36,007 nt of DNA from Promethearchaeati archaeon (GTDB lineage: Archaea; Asgardarchaeota; Heimdallarchaeia; JABLTI01): NCBI GenBank assembly GCA_034660795.1, contig JAYEJY010000290.1, positions 1 to 36,007 of the forward strand, read 5' to 3'. The translations under genes were made by a program, and so were the position numbers. Under the pieces are notes generated by a model, which was not told where the DNA came from, did no database searches, and saw nothing but the letters and a program-made list of their open reading frames with translations. The first letter of the stretch is position 1. Every line of letters begins with the position of its first letter. This document shows positions 1 to 8,736 of this stretch, one piece after another.

Positions 1-330
1 ATATGCAAAGAGGACAATTATTGCTGCAAGTAATATTAAAGCGAAAAGACTAACCCAGGCAATAAAAACTTGTCTTAATGAAGAGGGGTCATCATTTAAT
101 TTTAATCGTAAGGCAAAAGTGACTACAAACATAAAGATTGGTAAAAGAAACGCTGGGAATGTACGAATATTTAATGGAATATCAGTAAACATTAGAATAA
201 TTTCAATAATTGAGATAGCCAGCCAACCCAGAATAGCATAATCCATAATTTTGATTTCTCTTGATAATTCCATCCAATCTTTGAAGACACTAGATTCTTT
301 AATTGCTACAGATGGTTTCTTTGAGCTCAT
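1..330 (-). CDS. Integral membrane protein, N-terminal part only (gene runs off the left edge)
   Basis: Reverse-strand ATG at 330..328 opens a frame with no stop down to position 1 (MSSKKPSVAIKESSVFKDWMELSREIKIMDYAILGWLAISIIEIILMF...FPAFLLPIFMFVVTFAL...VSLFALILLAAIIVLFAY). It has three helix-length hydrophobic stretches. It is absent from the ORF track because it is truncated by the window edge. No family recognised. Confidence 0.45.
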   Translation of the reverse strand, partial: MSSKKPSVAIKESSVFKDWMELSREIKIMDYAILGWLAISIIEIILMFTDIPLNIRTFPAFLLPIFMFVVTFALRLKLNDDPSSLRQVFIAWVSLFALILLAAIIVLFAY

Positions 331-442
331 TTTTTATTCCTCACATATCAGGAATTTCTCATCTTTATAATTGCTTGTAATAATTATCTTTAAAACTTTT
401 GTTGCTGTTTTGTTTTAACAATAATTTTCTATTATTTGAAAC

Positions 443-1312
443 CTAAACTTCTCCCGCTACTAAATCACGACGATTATAAAATCTAAAAGTGATGATTCCG
501 AAAACTACTAATGAATAAAATGAAAAAGTCGTAATAATAATTGTGTTTCGATTGATTTCTCCTAAATTATTTAATTCTGCATTTGTTTCACTTAAGATAA
601 AATTGGCATTCATATACCCACCAATATAAGGCTCATAGAAACGTCCGCCTAAATAAAAAAGTAAACCATACCAATCACTATCACCATGTTTCGCAAAACC
701 ATACATTAAGGTTAATTCTACAGCTGTACCATTTGCTCTAAACTCAAAGACTTGATAATCATTGTTCATTATATTTAAAGAGTGAGTTTTTTCACATGTT
801 GCGGTGTAATTCCAGAATTGTGTTGTTGCATTTACTTGAATTTCATTTGGCAAAATCCAGAGTGGCGAGGGAGAATAACCTGTAAAATTGAAAAAAGAAA
901 CCATAAACAGATTAATTATATATGTATCCATTGCATTTATCTCTAATTCTCTATTAAGTATATTTTCTGTACCATTGGCTCTTTCATCATAATAATCTAA
1001 TATTGACTCTACCAAAACATGAAATGTTCCATGAATGGTTGAACTATCAACCATTTTATCATAAAAAATTGTTAAGGTACCTGATGCAGAAATCACTCCC
1101 GATGTTTTTTGAACGATATCATAGACCATTTCTTGTCCCACAAATGGAAATTGATTAGGCGTTGGATCATCAGTATTTCCGAAATTATTTTGTTGAGAAT
1201 GACACGTAAGAATTATCGCAGAAAATTGAGGAAGCAGTGATAAAACAATAATACTAAGACAAGTAAAACCTATAAAATATTTCTTAAGAAATTTTGAAGT
1301 TTTTTTCATCAC
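443..1312 (-). CDS. Hypothetical secreted / membrane-anchored protein
   Basis: 289-aa ORF. N-terminal basic stretch plus hydrophobic helix (KKYFIGFTCLSIIVLSLLPQF), and a C-terminal hydrophobic helix (IIITTFSFYSLVVFGIITF) followed by RFYNRRD. Several N-x-S/T sequons (NGT, NFT, NAT, NYT). No family recognised. Confidence 0.6.
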   Translation of the reverse strand: MMKKTSKFLKKYFIGFTCLSIIVLSLLPQFSAIILTCHSQQNNFGNTDDPTPNQFPFVGQEMVYDIVQKTSGVISASGTLTIFYDKMVDSSTIHGTFHVLVESILDYYDERANGTENILNRELEINAMDTYIINLFMVSFFNFTGYSPSPLWILPNEIQVNATTQFWNYTATCEKTHSLNIMNNDYQVFEFRANGTAVELTLMYGFAKHGDSDWYGLLFYLGGRFYEPYIGGYMNANFILSETNAELNNLGEINRNTIIITTFSFYSLVVFGIITFRFYNRRDLVAGEV

Positions 1313-1432
1313 TTGTTCTTCCTTGTTTTCCTTAAGTGATTATTATTTATGATTTATCATATAAAGCTAAGGTAAAAAATGCTTTTATGACCAAAATTCT
1401 TTAAGACAGAATAGTATAACAAATTGTAAAGG

Positions 1433-2392
1433 ATGAAAACTAAAATGAAACCTATCATTTCTCTCAGAAATGTCGATAAAATTTTCGGTACCTATATTTC
1501 AAGAGCAAGAGTAACTTCCTTACGAAACATTTCCCTTGATATTTATCCTGGAGAGCGGGTGTGTCTATTTGGTCCTAATGGTGCTGGAAAATCTACAATA
1601 ATGAAGGTTATTTTAGGATTAGTAAAACCAAGTAATGGTGAAGTATTTGTTAAAGGCATGCGATTAAAGAGAAATAAATTACGCATTAAACAAATGATAG
1701 GTTATTTACCCTCAGAATTGAGTTTTTTTGAAGATACGGCTTGTAGAGAAACTCTTTTTCATTTTGCTATCCTTCGGGGACAATCCCGAGAACAGGCTAG
1801 AGAAGAAGTTAAGCAATTATTAGATCTGATAGGGTTAGCTAAATGGGATGATCTCCCTCCTTCTTTGATGTCCTCAGGCATGCGTCAACGATTCAGCTTA
1901 GCATTGACGTTAATAGGCGATCCTGAAATAATACTTTTTGATGAACCGGTATCCTTTATAGATGTTCAAGGAAAAATGAAAATCTATGAATTAATGGAAG
2001 ATTATGTTAAAAATACCAAAAAAACAATCATAATGTGCACTCATGAAATCCAAGATGCCATGATTATGAGTGATAGGATGGTTTTTTTAGACCGCGGGGA
2101 AATTATTATGGATGGTCCAATTGCAGATATTGTAAATAAGAAATGTCGAGCAATGGAAATCATCCTTGCTGAAGACAAACCATCTGAAAAACAAATTGAA
2201 ATAGCAATTGGTACAGAAGACTATGACTTTACAGGCAGAAAAATCATAATAAAAGCACCTAAAGCTTTAGATCGGAGTACTCAAATCGTAAATCGATTAC
2301 GTGCTAATAATATTCCAGTGTTTTCCTATCGTCCCTATTTGGAACAAAAACGAAAGAAAAATGTTCAAGATGAACAAGAGGTGGCATCATGA
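1433..2392 (+). CDS. ABC transporter ATP-binding protein
   Basis: Walker A GPNGAGKST, signature-like MSSGMRQR, Walker B IILFDEP, H-loop region CTHE. The stop overlaps the start of the downstream permease (ATGA), which suggests translational coupling. Confidence 0.9.
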   Translation: MKTKMKPIISLRNVDKIFGTYISRARVTSLRNISLDIYPGERVCLFGPNGAGKSTIMKVILGLVKPSNGEVFVKGMRLKRNKLRIKQMIGYLPSELSFFEDTACRETLFHFAILRGQSREQAREEVKQLLDLIGLAKWDDLPPSLMSSGMRQRFSLALTLIGDPEIILFDEPVSFIDVQGKMKIYELMEDYVKNTKKTIIMCTHEIQDAMIMSDRMVFLDRGEIIMDGPIADIVNKKCRAMEIILAEDKPSEKQIEIAIGTEDYDFTGRKIIIKAPKALDRSTQIVNRLRANNIPVFSYRPYLEQKRKKNVQDEQEVAS

Positions 2393-3283
2393 CATCTGAA
2401 CCTCAAACACAAGAAAAGTCTAGTTCGGAGAAACCTTTACGCAGCAGAGTAAGATTTTTGCCACGAAATCCATTATTAGAATTCCGTGAACTCGGTGAAC
2501 TTATTCGGTATGAATTCAAACGTATAATTTTTAGCCAAAAATTTTTCATTGCTTTATCATTAATTCTCTTACCGGCTATTTTATACCTTGATTCAATAGC
2601 AAGTCAAGTAGAAGTAATTCTCTTAGATATTGGTAAAGAAAATTTCATGAAAAGAGGTTCAGCAGGATTTGTTATTCTTGGCCAGTTTTTAATGCAAATG
2701 ATTGCGATAATGTTAACTCTAGATAGTTATGGAAAAAGTGGAAATGAAAGCCTAAAACGATATTTTGCTATGCCCATTAGAAAAAGTAATGTTTTTTTTT
2801 GCACGAATGATAATCATTTGTCTTGGGACAACAATAACCGGAATATTAGCGATTCTAATTTTCACATTAATAATGTGGATTTGGACTGGTGTAGGCTTGA
2901 CCTTCCTTTTGATTTTAAAATCATTTCTCTTGACTTTTTGTGGCGCATTTCTAGCAATTACGATAACCACATTCTTTATCTTATTTGCTCAATCTTTGAA
3001 TATTTCCAGTTCACTTGCTATTGTTCCGACACTTTTCCTCTTTTATATTCTCCCCTTCGTTGTCTATTTTACTGCACAATTTAATTATGTAAATGCTTCA
3101 TTACAAGAATTAACTTTTATGAGACAATTAGCAGTCATGACTGACTTTTTGATACAACCACCAGATGGTTTACAAGAAATTTTAAATCAAAGTGCTATGA
3201 AAAAAGCATGGGCTATTACAATGGGAACAAGCGGTGGAAGTGAGTTAATAGCTTTCATATTCTTTATACAAATTGAAAAATAA
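2389..3283 (+). pseudogene. ABC-2-type transporter permease with the reading frame broken at a T9 run
   Basis: Two overlapping ORFs (2389..3084 and 2765..3283) each look membrane-protein-like on only one side of the T9 run at 2792..2800. Before the run the frame reads ...YFAMPIRKSNVFF. After it the other frame reads ARMIIICLGTTITGILAILIF... with several more TM helices. Removing one T joins them into one ~297-aa multi-TM protein. Confidence 0.7.
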
Positions 3284-3316
3284 AAAAATAGAAAAAAAGG
3301 AAAGGAAATAATTTCC

Positions 3317-4669
3317 TTATATTTTTGGTTTTATGAAATTTGTTTCCATTAGTTTCTTGGTAAGATCACGAGAGTACTTAATGCGTTCTTCTGCTTTCTT
3401 GTACAATTCGTCTTCTTCCATTTCTTTACGAGCAATACCTTGCTCTATAGCTTTCATACCAACTCGTGTTGCTTCTAATGGATAGAGTTCCCATTCGTCC
3501 ATATTTGGAATAATATAGTCTTCTTTCAAGCCTTTCTTTTCAGCGATTTCAGCTAGTGCTTTTGCTGCTGCAATACACATTTCATCGGTGATTGTTTTAG
3601 CTTGGACATCTAAAGCACCACGGAAGATACCTGGGAATCCTAGACTATTATTTACTTGATTTGGGAAATCACTTCTACCTGTCCCGACAATTCGAGCACC
3701 GGCTTCTTTAGCATCCCATGGCCAAATCTCTGGTAATGGATTAGCACAAGCATAGACAATAGCATCGTCAGCCATTTTTTCAATCCATTTTTTCTTAATG
3801 GTACCAGGTTCTGATTTAGAAGCTGCAATAATAATATCTGCACCCTTTGTTGCATTACCGAAATCACCAGTAACACCTTCACCATTGGTTTTCTGCGCTA
3901 AATCGTATTTGAAGGGATCCTTATTTTCAAGTTTTTTAATATCCGGTCGATCTTTATAGAGGACTCCAGTGGAATCACACATTATAATATTCTTAGGATC
4001 AGCGCCTGCAGCAATTAGCATGTAAGCTGTTCGAGTGTTTGCAGAGCCCACACCAAGCATCGCAATTTTTGCTGTATCAAGTTCTTTTCCAACACATTTC
4101 AAACCGCCGAAAACACCGGCTAAGATTACAGCTGCGGTTCCTTGAGCATCATCATGCCAAACTGGTATGTCCATTTCTTCTCGTAAGGTTTCGAGGACAG
4201 TGTAACATTTTGGCTTAGAAATATCTTCTAAATTAATGCCTCCGAAAGATGGTTGGAGGAGTTTGACTGTTTCAATAATTTCATCTGCGTCTTTAGTATC
4301 AAGACAGATTGGCATTGCATCTACGCCACCAAGATATTTGAATAAAAGGCTTTTACCTTCCATAACAGGCATAGCTGCTTCCGGACCAATATCCCCTAAA
4401 CCTAAAACACGAGTGCCATCAGAGACAACAGCAACAGTATTTGCTTTATTTGTGTGTTTGAAAACTTCTTCTTTATTTTTGGCAATTGCTCTACAAGGTT
4501 CAGCAACACCTGGAGTATACCAAATGCCAAAAGCATCGAAATCCCAAATGGAACATTTAGGAACAGTTTGAATTTTCCCCTGATAATAAGGATGAAGTTT
4601 CATTGCCTCTTTAGCAGGTTTTTTTGCTTTCGCGAGTAATTCTTCTTTAGTAAGTTTCTCTTTCGTCAT
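3317..4669 (-). CDS. NAD(P)-dependent malic enzyme (oxaloacetate-decarboxylating malate dehydrogenase)
   Basis: 450 aa. Characteristic block YTPGVAEPCRAIAKN...NTVAVVSDGTRVLGLGDIGPEAAMPVMEGKSLLFKYLGGVDAMPICLD, and the dinucleotide-binding region IAMLGVGSAN, as in short archaeal/bacterial malic enzymes. Confidence 0.85.
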   Translation of the reverse strand: MTKEKLTKEELLAKAKKPAKEAMKLHPYYQGKIQTVPKCSIWDFDAFGIWYTPGVAEPCRAIAKNKEEVFKHTNKANTVAVVSDGTRVLGLGDIGPEAAMPVMEGKSLLFKYLGGVDAMPICLDTKDADEIIETVKLLQPSFGGINLEDISKPKCYTVLETLREEMDIPVWHDDAQGTAAVILAGVFGGLKCVGKELDTAKIAMLGVGSANTRTAYMLIAAGADPKNIIMCDSTGVLYKDRPDIKKLENKDPFKYDLAQKTNGEGVTGDFGNATKGADIIIAASKSEPGTIKKKWIEKMADDAIVYACANPLPEIWPWDAKEAGARIVGTGRSDFPNQVNNSLGFPGIFRGALDVQAKTITDEMCIAAAKALAEIAEKKGLKEDYIIPNMDEWELYPLEATRVGMKAIEQGIARKEMEEDELYKKAEERIKYSRDLTKKLMETNFIKPKI

Positions 4670-4860
4670 AGTGCCACTTCTTACTATTAAGTATCTTTAA
4701 GAATAATATACTAGGTATATAAATTATTTTAAGCTTTTTCTGTTAATTTTACTTCGTGGCTAGTAAAAAATCTAAGTTATTTTTTTGCTATATCAAAAAA
4801 AGAGAAATACTTAAAATTAGCCTTATAGTCAAAAACTACTTAACCAGCAACATAATTGTT

Positions 4861-5008
4861 GTCGAGGTAGCCTAGCCTGGTTACGGATGACTCTGCTAGG
4901 GTATGCGCCAGAATGGGCGCCTGACTCATAATCAAATCAAAAAATCAATAGGGCCAGATTTGAGGAGTCATCAGGAGGTCGCGGGATCAAAGCCCGCCCT
5001 CGACACCA
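4861..5008 (+). tRNA. tRNA(CAT), elongator-type (Met or Ile2), with two introns and encoded CCA
   Basis: Acceptor GTCGAGG/CCTCGAC; discriminator A + CCA (5005..5008). D-stem GCCT (4870..4873)/GGGC (4915..4918). Anticodon stem CCTGA (4920..4924)/TCAGG (4971..4975), loop CTCATA+A, anticodon CAT at 4927..4929. T-arm GCGGG-ATCAAAG-CCCGC. Intron 1 is ~4883..4913 in the D-loop: 4-bp helix CTGG/CCAG flanked by 3-nt bulges TTA and AAT. Intron 2 is 4931..4969 at canonical 37/38: 7-bp inner helix TCAAATC/GATTTGA with 3-nt bulges. G1:C72 and the lack of GGG/CCC in the anticodon stem argue against an initiator. Confidence 0.85.
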
Positions 5009-5089
5009 ATCTTATATCCTTTTTTTGAATTTTATATGGTAGCAAATTATGATTAGTATTAAAAAAGAAAAAAAGAAGTAAAGATAAGG

Positions 5090-6730
5090 TTACTTCTTTT
5101 CATTTTCTAAAAATGGACAGGTATATTCTTGGGGAGGATAAAATCTTTCCTTGATGCTTCTTGCTGAAACCCATCGAATTAAATTAAGATAGCTGCCCGC
5201 TTTGTCATTAGTTCCGCTTTTTCGTGAACCTCCAAAAGGCTGTTGATTAACAACTGCACCTGTTGGTTTTACATTAATATAGAAATTACCCGCAGCATGG
5301 CGTAAAATTTTTGATGCAATGGAAATTGCTTTTCTGTCTTCAGCGAAAATTGATCCAGTAAGGGCATATTTAGTACTTTTATCCACCAAGTGTAATGTCT
5401 CAATAAATTTATTATCTTCATATAAGTAAATTGAGAGGACAGGACCAAATATCTCTTCGACCATAGTTTTAAAATCAGGTTTCTTTGCTAAAATTACGGT
5501 GGGATCTATAAAATAGCCTTTACTATCATCAGCATTTCCCCCAATAATAACATCAGCTTCATTAGATTCTTTTGAATAATCAATATATTCAGTTATTGAC
5601 TCAAACGCTTTTTTATCTATGATTGCATTTACATAATTTGAGAAATCATCTGGTTCACCTATTTTTATTCCCTCAATATCATCTTCCAGACATTTTTTGA
5701 TTTGAGGCCAAAGTGATTTAGGTGCATAAATTCTGGAAGCTGCAGAACATTTTTGTCCTTGGTATTCGAAAGCCCCTCGAGTTAAACTTGCTAAAACGCC
5801 ACTGAGATCTGCTGATTTATGAATGAATATGAAATCCTTCCCACCTGTTTCTCCCACAAGGCGAGGATATTGATTATATTTATGGATGTTTTCGCCAACC
5901 ACTTTCCACATGTATTCAAATGTCCTGGTACTTCCGGTAAAATGTATTCCCCCAAGGTCCGGATGTTTTAGAACATGTTTTCCTACAACAGAACCATGTC
6001 CTGGTAAAAAGTTAATTACGCCTTTTGGTAATCCTGCTCTAATAAATAATTTCATTAATTTATAAGCTACATACAAAACACTTGTTGCTGGTTTCCAAAC
6101 AACTACATTACCCATGAGTGCTGGCGCAGTGGGAAGATTCCCCATAATTGATACAAAATTGAAAGGCGTTACAGCAAAAACAAAGCCATCTAATGGTCTA
6201 TACTCTAATCTATTAAATGCCGTATGAGGACTATATGGTTGATTATTATAGATCTGATACATATAATAGGTATTAAATCGTAAAAAGTCAATTAATTCAC
6301 ACGCACTATCAATTTCAGCTTGATGGGGATTTTTACTTAGATTAAGTATCGTTGCTGCATTAATTTTCATTCTATAGGGGTCTGCTAGTAATTCAGCCAT
6401 TTTCAGAAAAATTGCTGCTCGTTCATCCCAATTATATTTTATCCAATCCTTTTTAGTTTCTAATGCGTTTTCAATTGCTTGTTTAATCTGTTTTTCTTGG
6501 GCTAATGAAGCTTTTCCAAGAATTAACTCATGATCATGTGGTGCGGTTATATTGATTTGTTCATCTGTATAAATCTCCTCACCGCCTATGATTAATGGTA
6601 TTTCAATGGGATCTGCTTTCTTAATTTTTTCCAATTCTTCCTTCAATGCTTTTCTTTCCCATGAACCAGGGGCATAATCATGAGTGGGTTCATTTTTCGG
6701 TTCCTCAATTTTGAATCGTCCAAAAGACAA
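5090..6730 (-). CDS. L-glutamate gamma-semialdehyde (1-pyrroline-5-carboxylate) dehydrogenase, ALDH superfamily
   Basis: 546 aa. ALDH motifs VGETGGKDF and FEYQGQKCSAASR (catalytic Cys). The N-terminal region FKIEEPKNEPTHDYAPGSWERKALKEEL...IPLIIGGEE is typical of stand-alone P5C dehydrogenases. Confidence 0.8.
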   Translation of the reverse strand: MSFGRFKIEEPKNEPTHDYAPGSWERKALKEELEKIKKADPIEIPLIIGGEEIYTDEQINITAPHDHELILGKASLAQEKQIKQAIENALETKKDWIKYNWDERAAIFLKMAELLADPYRMKINAATILNLSKNPHQAEIDSACELIDFLRFNTYYMYQIYNNQPYSPHTAFNRLEYRPLDGFVFAVTPFNFVSIMGNLPTAPALMGNVVVWKPATSVLYVAYKLMKLFIRAGLPKGVINFLPGHGSVVGKHVLKHPDLGGIHFTGSTRTFEYMWKVVGENIHKYNQYPRLVGETGGKDFIFIHKSADLSGVLASLTRGAFEYQGQKCSAASRIYAPKSLWPQIKKCLEDDIEGIKIGEPDDFSNYVNAIIDKKAFESITEYIDYSKESNEADVIIGGNADDSKGYFIDPTVILAKKPDFKTMVEEIFGPVLSIYLYEDNKFIETLHLVDKSTKYALTGSIFAEDRKAISIASKILRHAAGNFYINVKPTGAVVNQQPFGGSRKSGTNDKAGSYLNLIRWVSARSIKERFYPPQEYTCPFLENEKK

Positions 6731-7119
6731 AATATTTTCACCTAAATAGTTTTTGTAGTAACATTTTCTCTGGAACCTTTTATTAACTCTGAATTATAAT
6801 CTAAAGAAAAAAGATAGGAAAAAGCTCAGTTTCTATCTTTTGTTAAAAAAGTGTGTCTCAGAGTAACTATGATCTGTCCTTATTGGGTGTGTGCCAAACA
6901 GTACTCCCAACTCATCTTGTCGGATATCGTCATAGACACAAGATAGCGTACATACCCTTTCACTCAAAAAACTTTCTTTAGAAGTGATTTTTCTTTTTCA
7001 ATTCAATGGAAAAACTATTTTCTTAACTTTATTCAGTAAGCCATTTTATTTTATTATCACAACAACTTATTAAATATGAATTAAATTAAAATATTATGAG
7101 GAAACAGTGAGGAATCGAA

Positions 7120-7761
7120 ATGCCAAAGAAATTGGAATCTCAAGCGAAAGCGAAAATGCAAATCTCAGAAGTCATGACATCAACTGTTCATACGATTTAT
7201 CCACAGAAAACGGTTAAAGAAGCCGCAGAATTAATGAAAAAGCTACACATCGGATGCATTATTATCGAGCCAAAAAAGGATGAAAAAACGCCTTTAGGAA
7301 TTGTTACCGAAAGAGATATTGTGACCCGTGTTGTTGCTGAAGGGAAGGACCCGGCTAAAATTCCGGTTGTAGATATTGCAACAAAACCTGTTGTAACAGC
7401 TCCTCCCTCCATGGAAATTTCGGAAGCAATGTATATGTTATCAAAACTTCATATACGACGACTTGTTATTATGGAAGAAAATGAAATAATAGGTATAGCA
7501 ACTGACAGAGATCTATTACGTGTTGCTCCAAGTTTATTAGAAATTGCATTAGAATTTGAACATGTTAACAAAGGCCCAAATTATGAAGCATTCCCCAATT
7601 TTGAGGAATATCTACATGAAGAAGAGGAAGACGAAGGAATGAATTTAACCGTTGGTTATTACTGTTCGGAATGTGGGGAACAATTTAAGGGAGAACCCGC
7701 TGGCGAGATAAATGGCGAACCTCTCTGCCCAGCTTGTAAAAACATAATTGATACTCAATAA
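7120..7761 (+). CDS. CBS-domain pair protein with C-terminal zinc ribbon
   Basis: Two CBS repeats (VMTSTVHTI...GIVTERDIVTRV and ...IGIATDRDLLRV), then an acidic linker and CSECG-x17-CPACK. Confidence 0.8.
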   Translation: MPKKLESQAKAKMQISEVMTSTVHTIYPQKTVKEAAELMKKLHIGCIIIEPKKDEKTPLGIVTERDIVTRVVAEGKDPAKIPVVDIATKPVVTAPPSMEISEAMYMLSKLHIRRLVIMEENEIIGIATDRDLLRVAPSLLEIALEFEHVNKGPNYEAFPNFEEYLHEEEEDEGMNLTVGYYCSECGEQFKGEPAGEINGEPLCPACKNIIDTQ

Positions 7762-7873
7762 GTTATAGTAAGGCATAAAAAGAGACGGTTACAATTGAGT
7801 GTTGAAGCACAAATTTATTTGGAAAAAAATCTAAATACAAATCAGATTGAATTTTTTTGGAGGAATAAATCTT

Positions 7874-8671
7874 ATGAAAGTATCAGAAGTTATGAATACT
7901 GAATATGAAACGATCGATAAAGATCAAATGTTATCAGACGCTATTGAATTGTTGAGGAAAAGTAAGAAATTATCTCGATTAATCGTTACTGAGGATGATG
8001 AACCTGTTGGCGTATTAACTTTTCGAGATGTAGCTGATAGATTAGGAACTCCAACAACAGGTCGTCGTAGTTCTAAGAGCTTACGTGTCTCAAGTACCAT
8101 GTCATATCCGCTCAAAACAATCCCCCCTAATACCTCAATTAAAGAAGCAGCTCAAAAAATGATTGAAAATAAAATTAGTAGTTTACTTGTTATGGAAAAA
8201 GGGAAATTGAAAGGATTAGTAAGCAAATTTGATATAATTAGTTATTACAAACATCGGAAAGATGTAACCGTTGCATCCCTTATGACAAAAGAGCCCTATG
8301 TTATAACTCCGAGTGAACGGGTCATTTCAGCAAGAAAAATTATGATGGACAATGATTATAGCACTTTACCGGTAGTTAATGATGAAAGTGTACCTATAGG
8401 AATCGTTGATGATGAAACACTTGCAGATGCTTTAGCAAGCTTTCGTGACAATGTTCCTAAAAAATACCAAAAAAATAAACTAAAACAATTTTATGTTGGT
8501 CAAGTAATGCGAAAAGATCCGCCTCAATTAGAAGAAATTGCTCCCTTGCAAGATTTGATCAAACTCTTAAAGGAAACTCACCATAAAGCAGTCTTTATTG
8601 TAAATGATGCTAATGTTATTTCGGGAATTGTTTCGGTCACTGATATAACGAATGCCATAGCAAAAGAATAA
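7874..8671 (+). CDS. CBS-domain protein (four CBS repeats)
   Basis: Repeated CBS signatures (VGVLTFRDVADRL, LKGLVSKFDIISY, PIGIVDDETLADAL, ISGIVSVTDITNAI). The start is moved to the ATG at 7874, preceded by GGAGG; the track ORF begins at a non-ATG codon at 7847. Confidence 0.8.
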   Translation: MKVSEVMNTEYETIDKDQMLSDAIELLRKSKKLSRLIVTEDDEPVGVLTFRDVADRLGTPTTGRRSSKSLRVSSTMSYPLKTIPPNTSIKEAAQKMIENKISSLLVMEKGKLKGLVSKFDIISYYKHRKDVTVASLMTKEPYVITPSERVISARKIMMDNDYSTLPVVNDESVPIGIVDDETLADALASFRDNVPKKYQKNKLKQFYVGQVMRKDPPQLEEIAPLQDLIKLLKETHHKAVFIVNDANVISGIVSVTDITNAIAKE

Positions 8672-8736
8672 TAATCTATCTATGGGAAAGGTCTTGTTTA
8701 GATCTTTCTGCTATTCACTTTCATATGTGTTGAATT

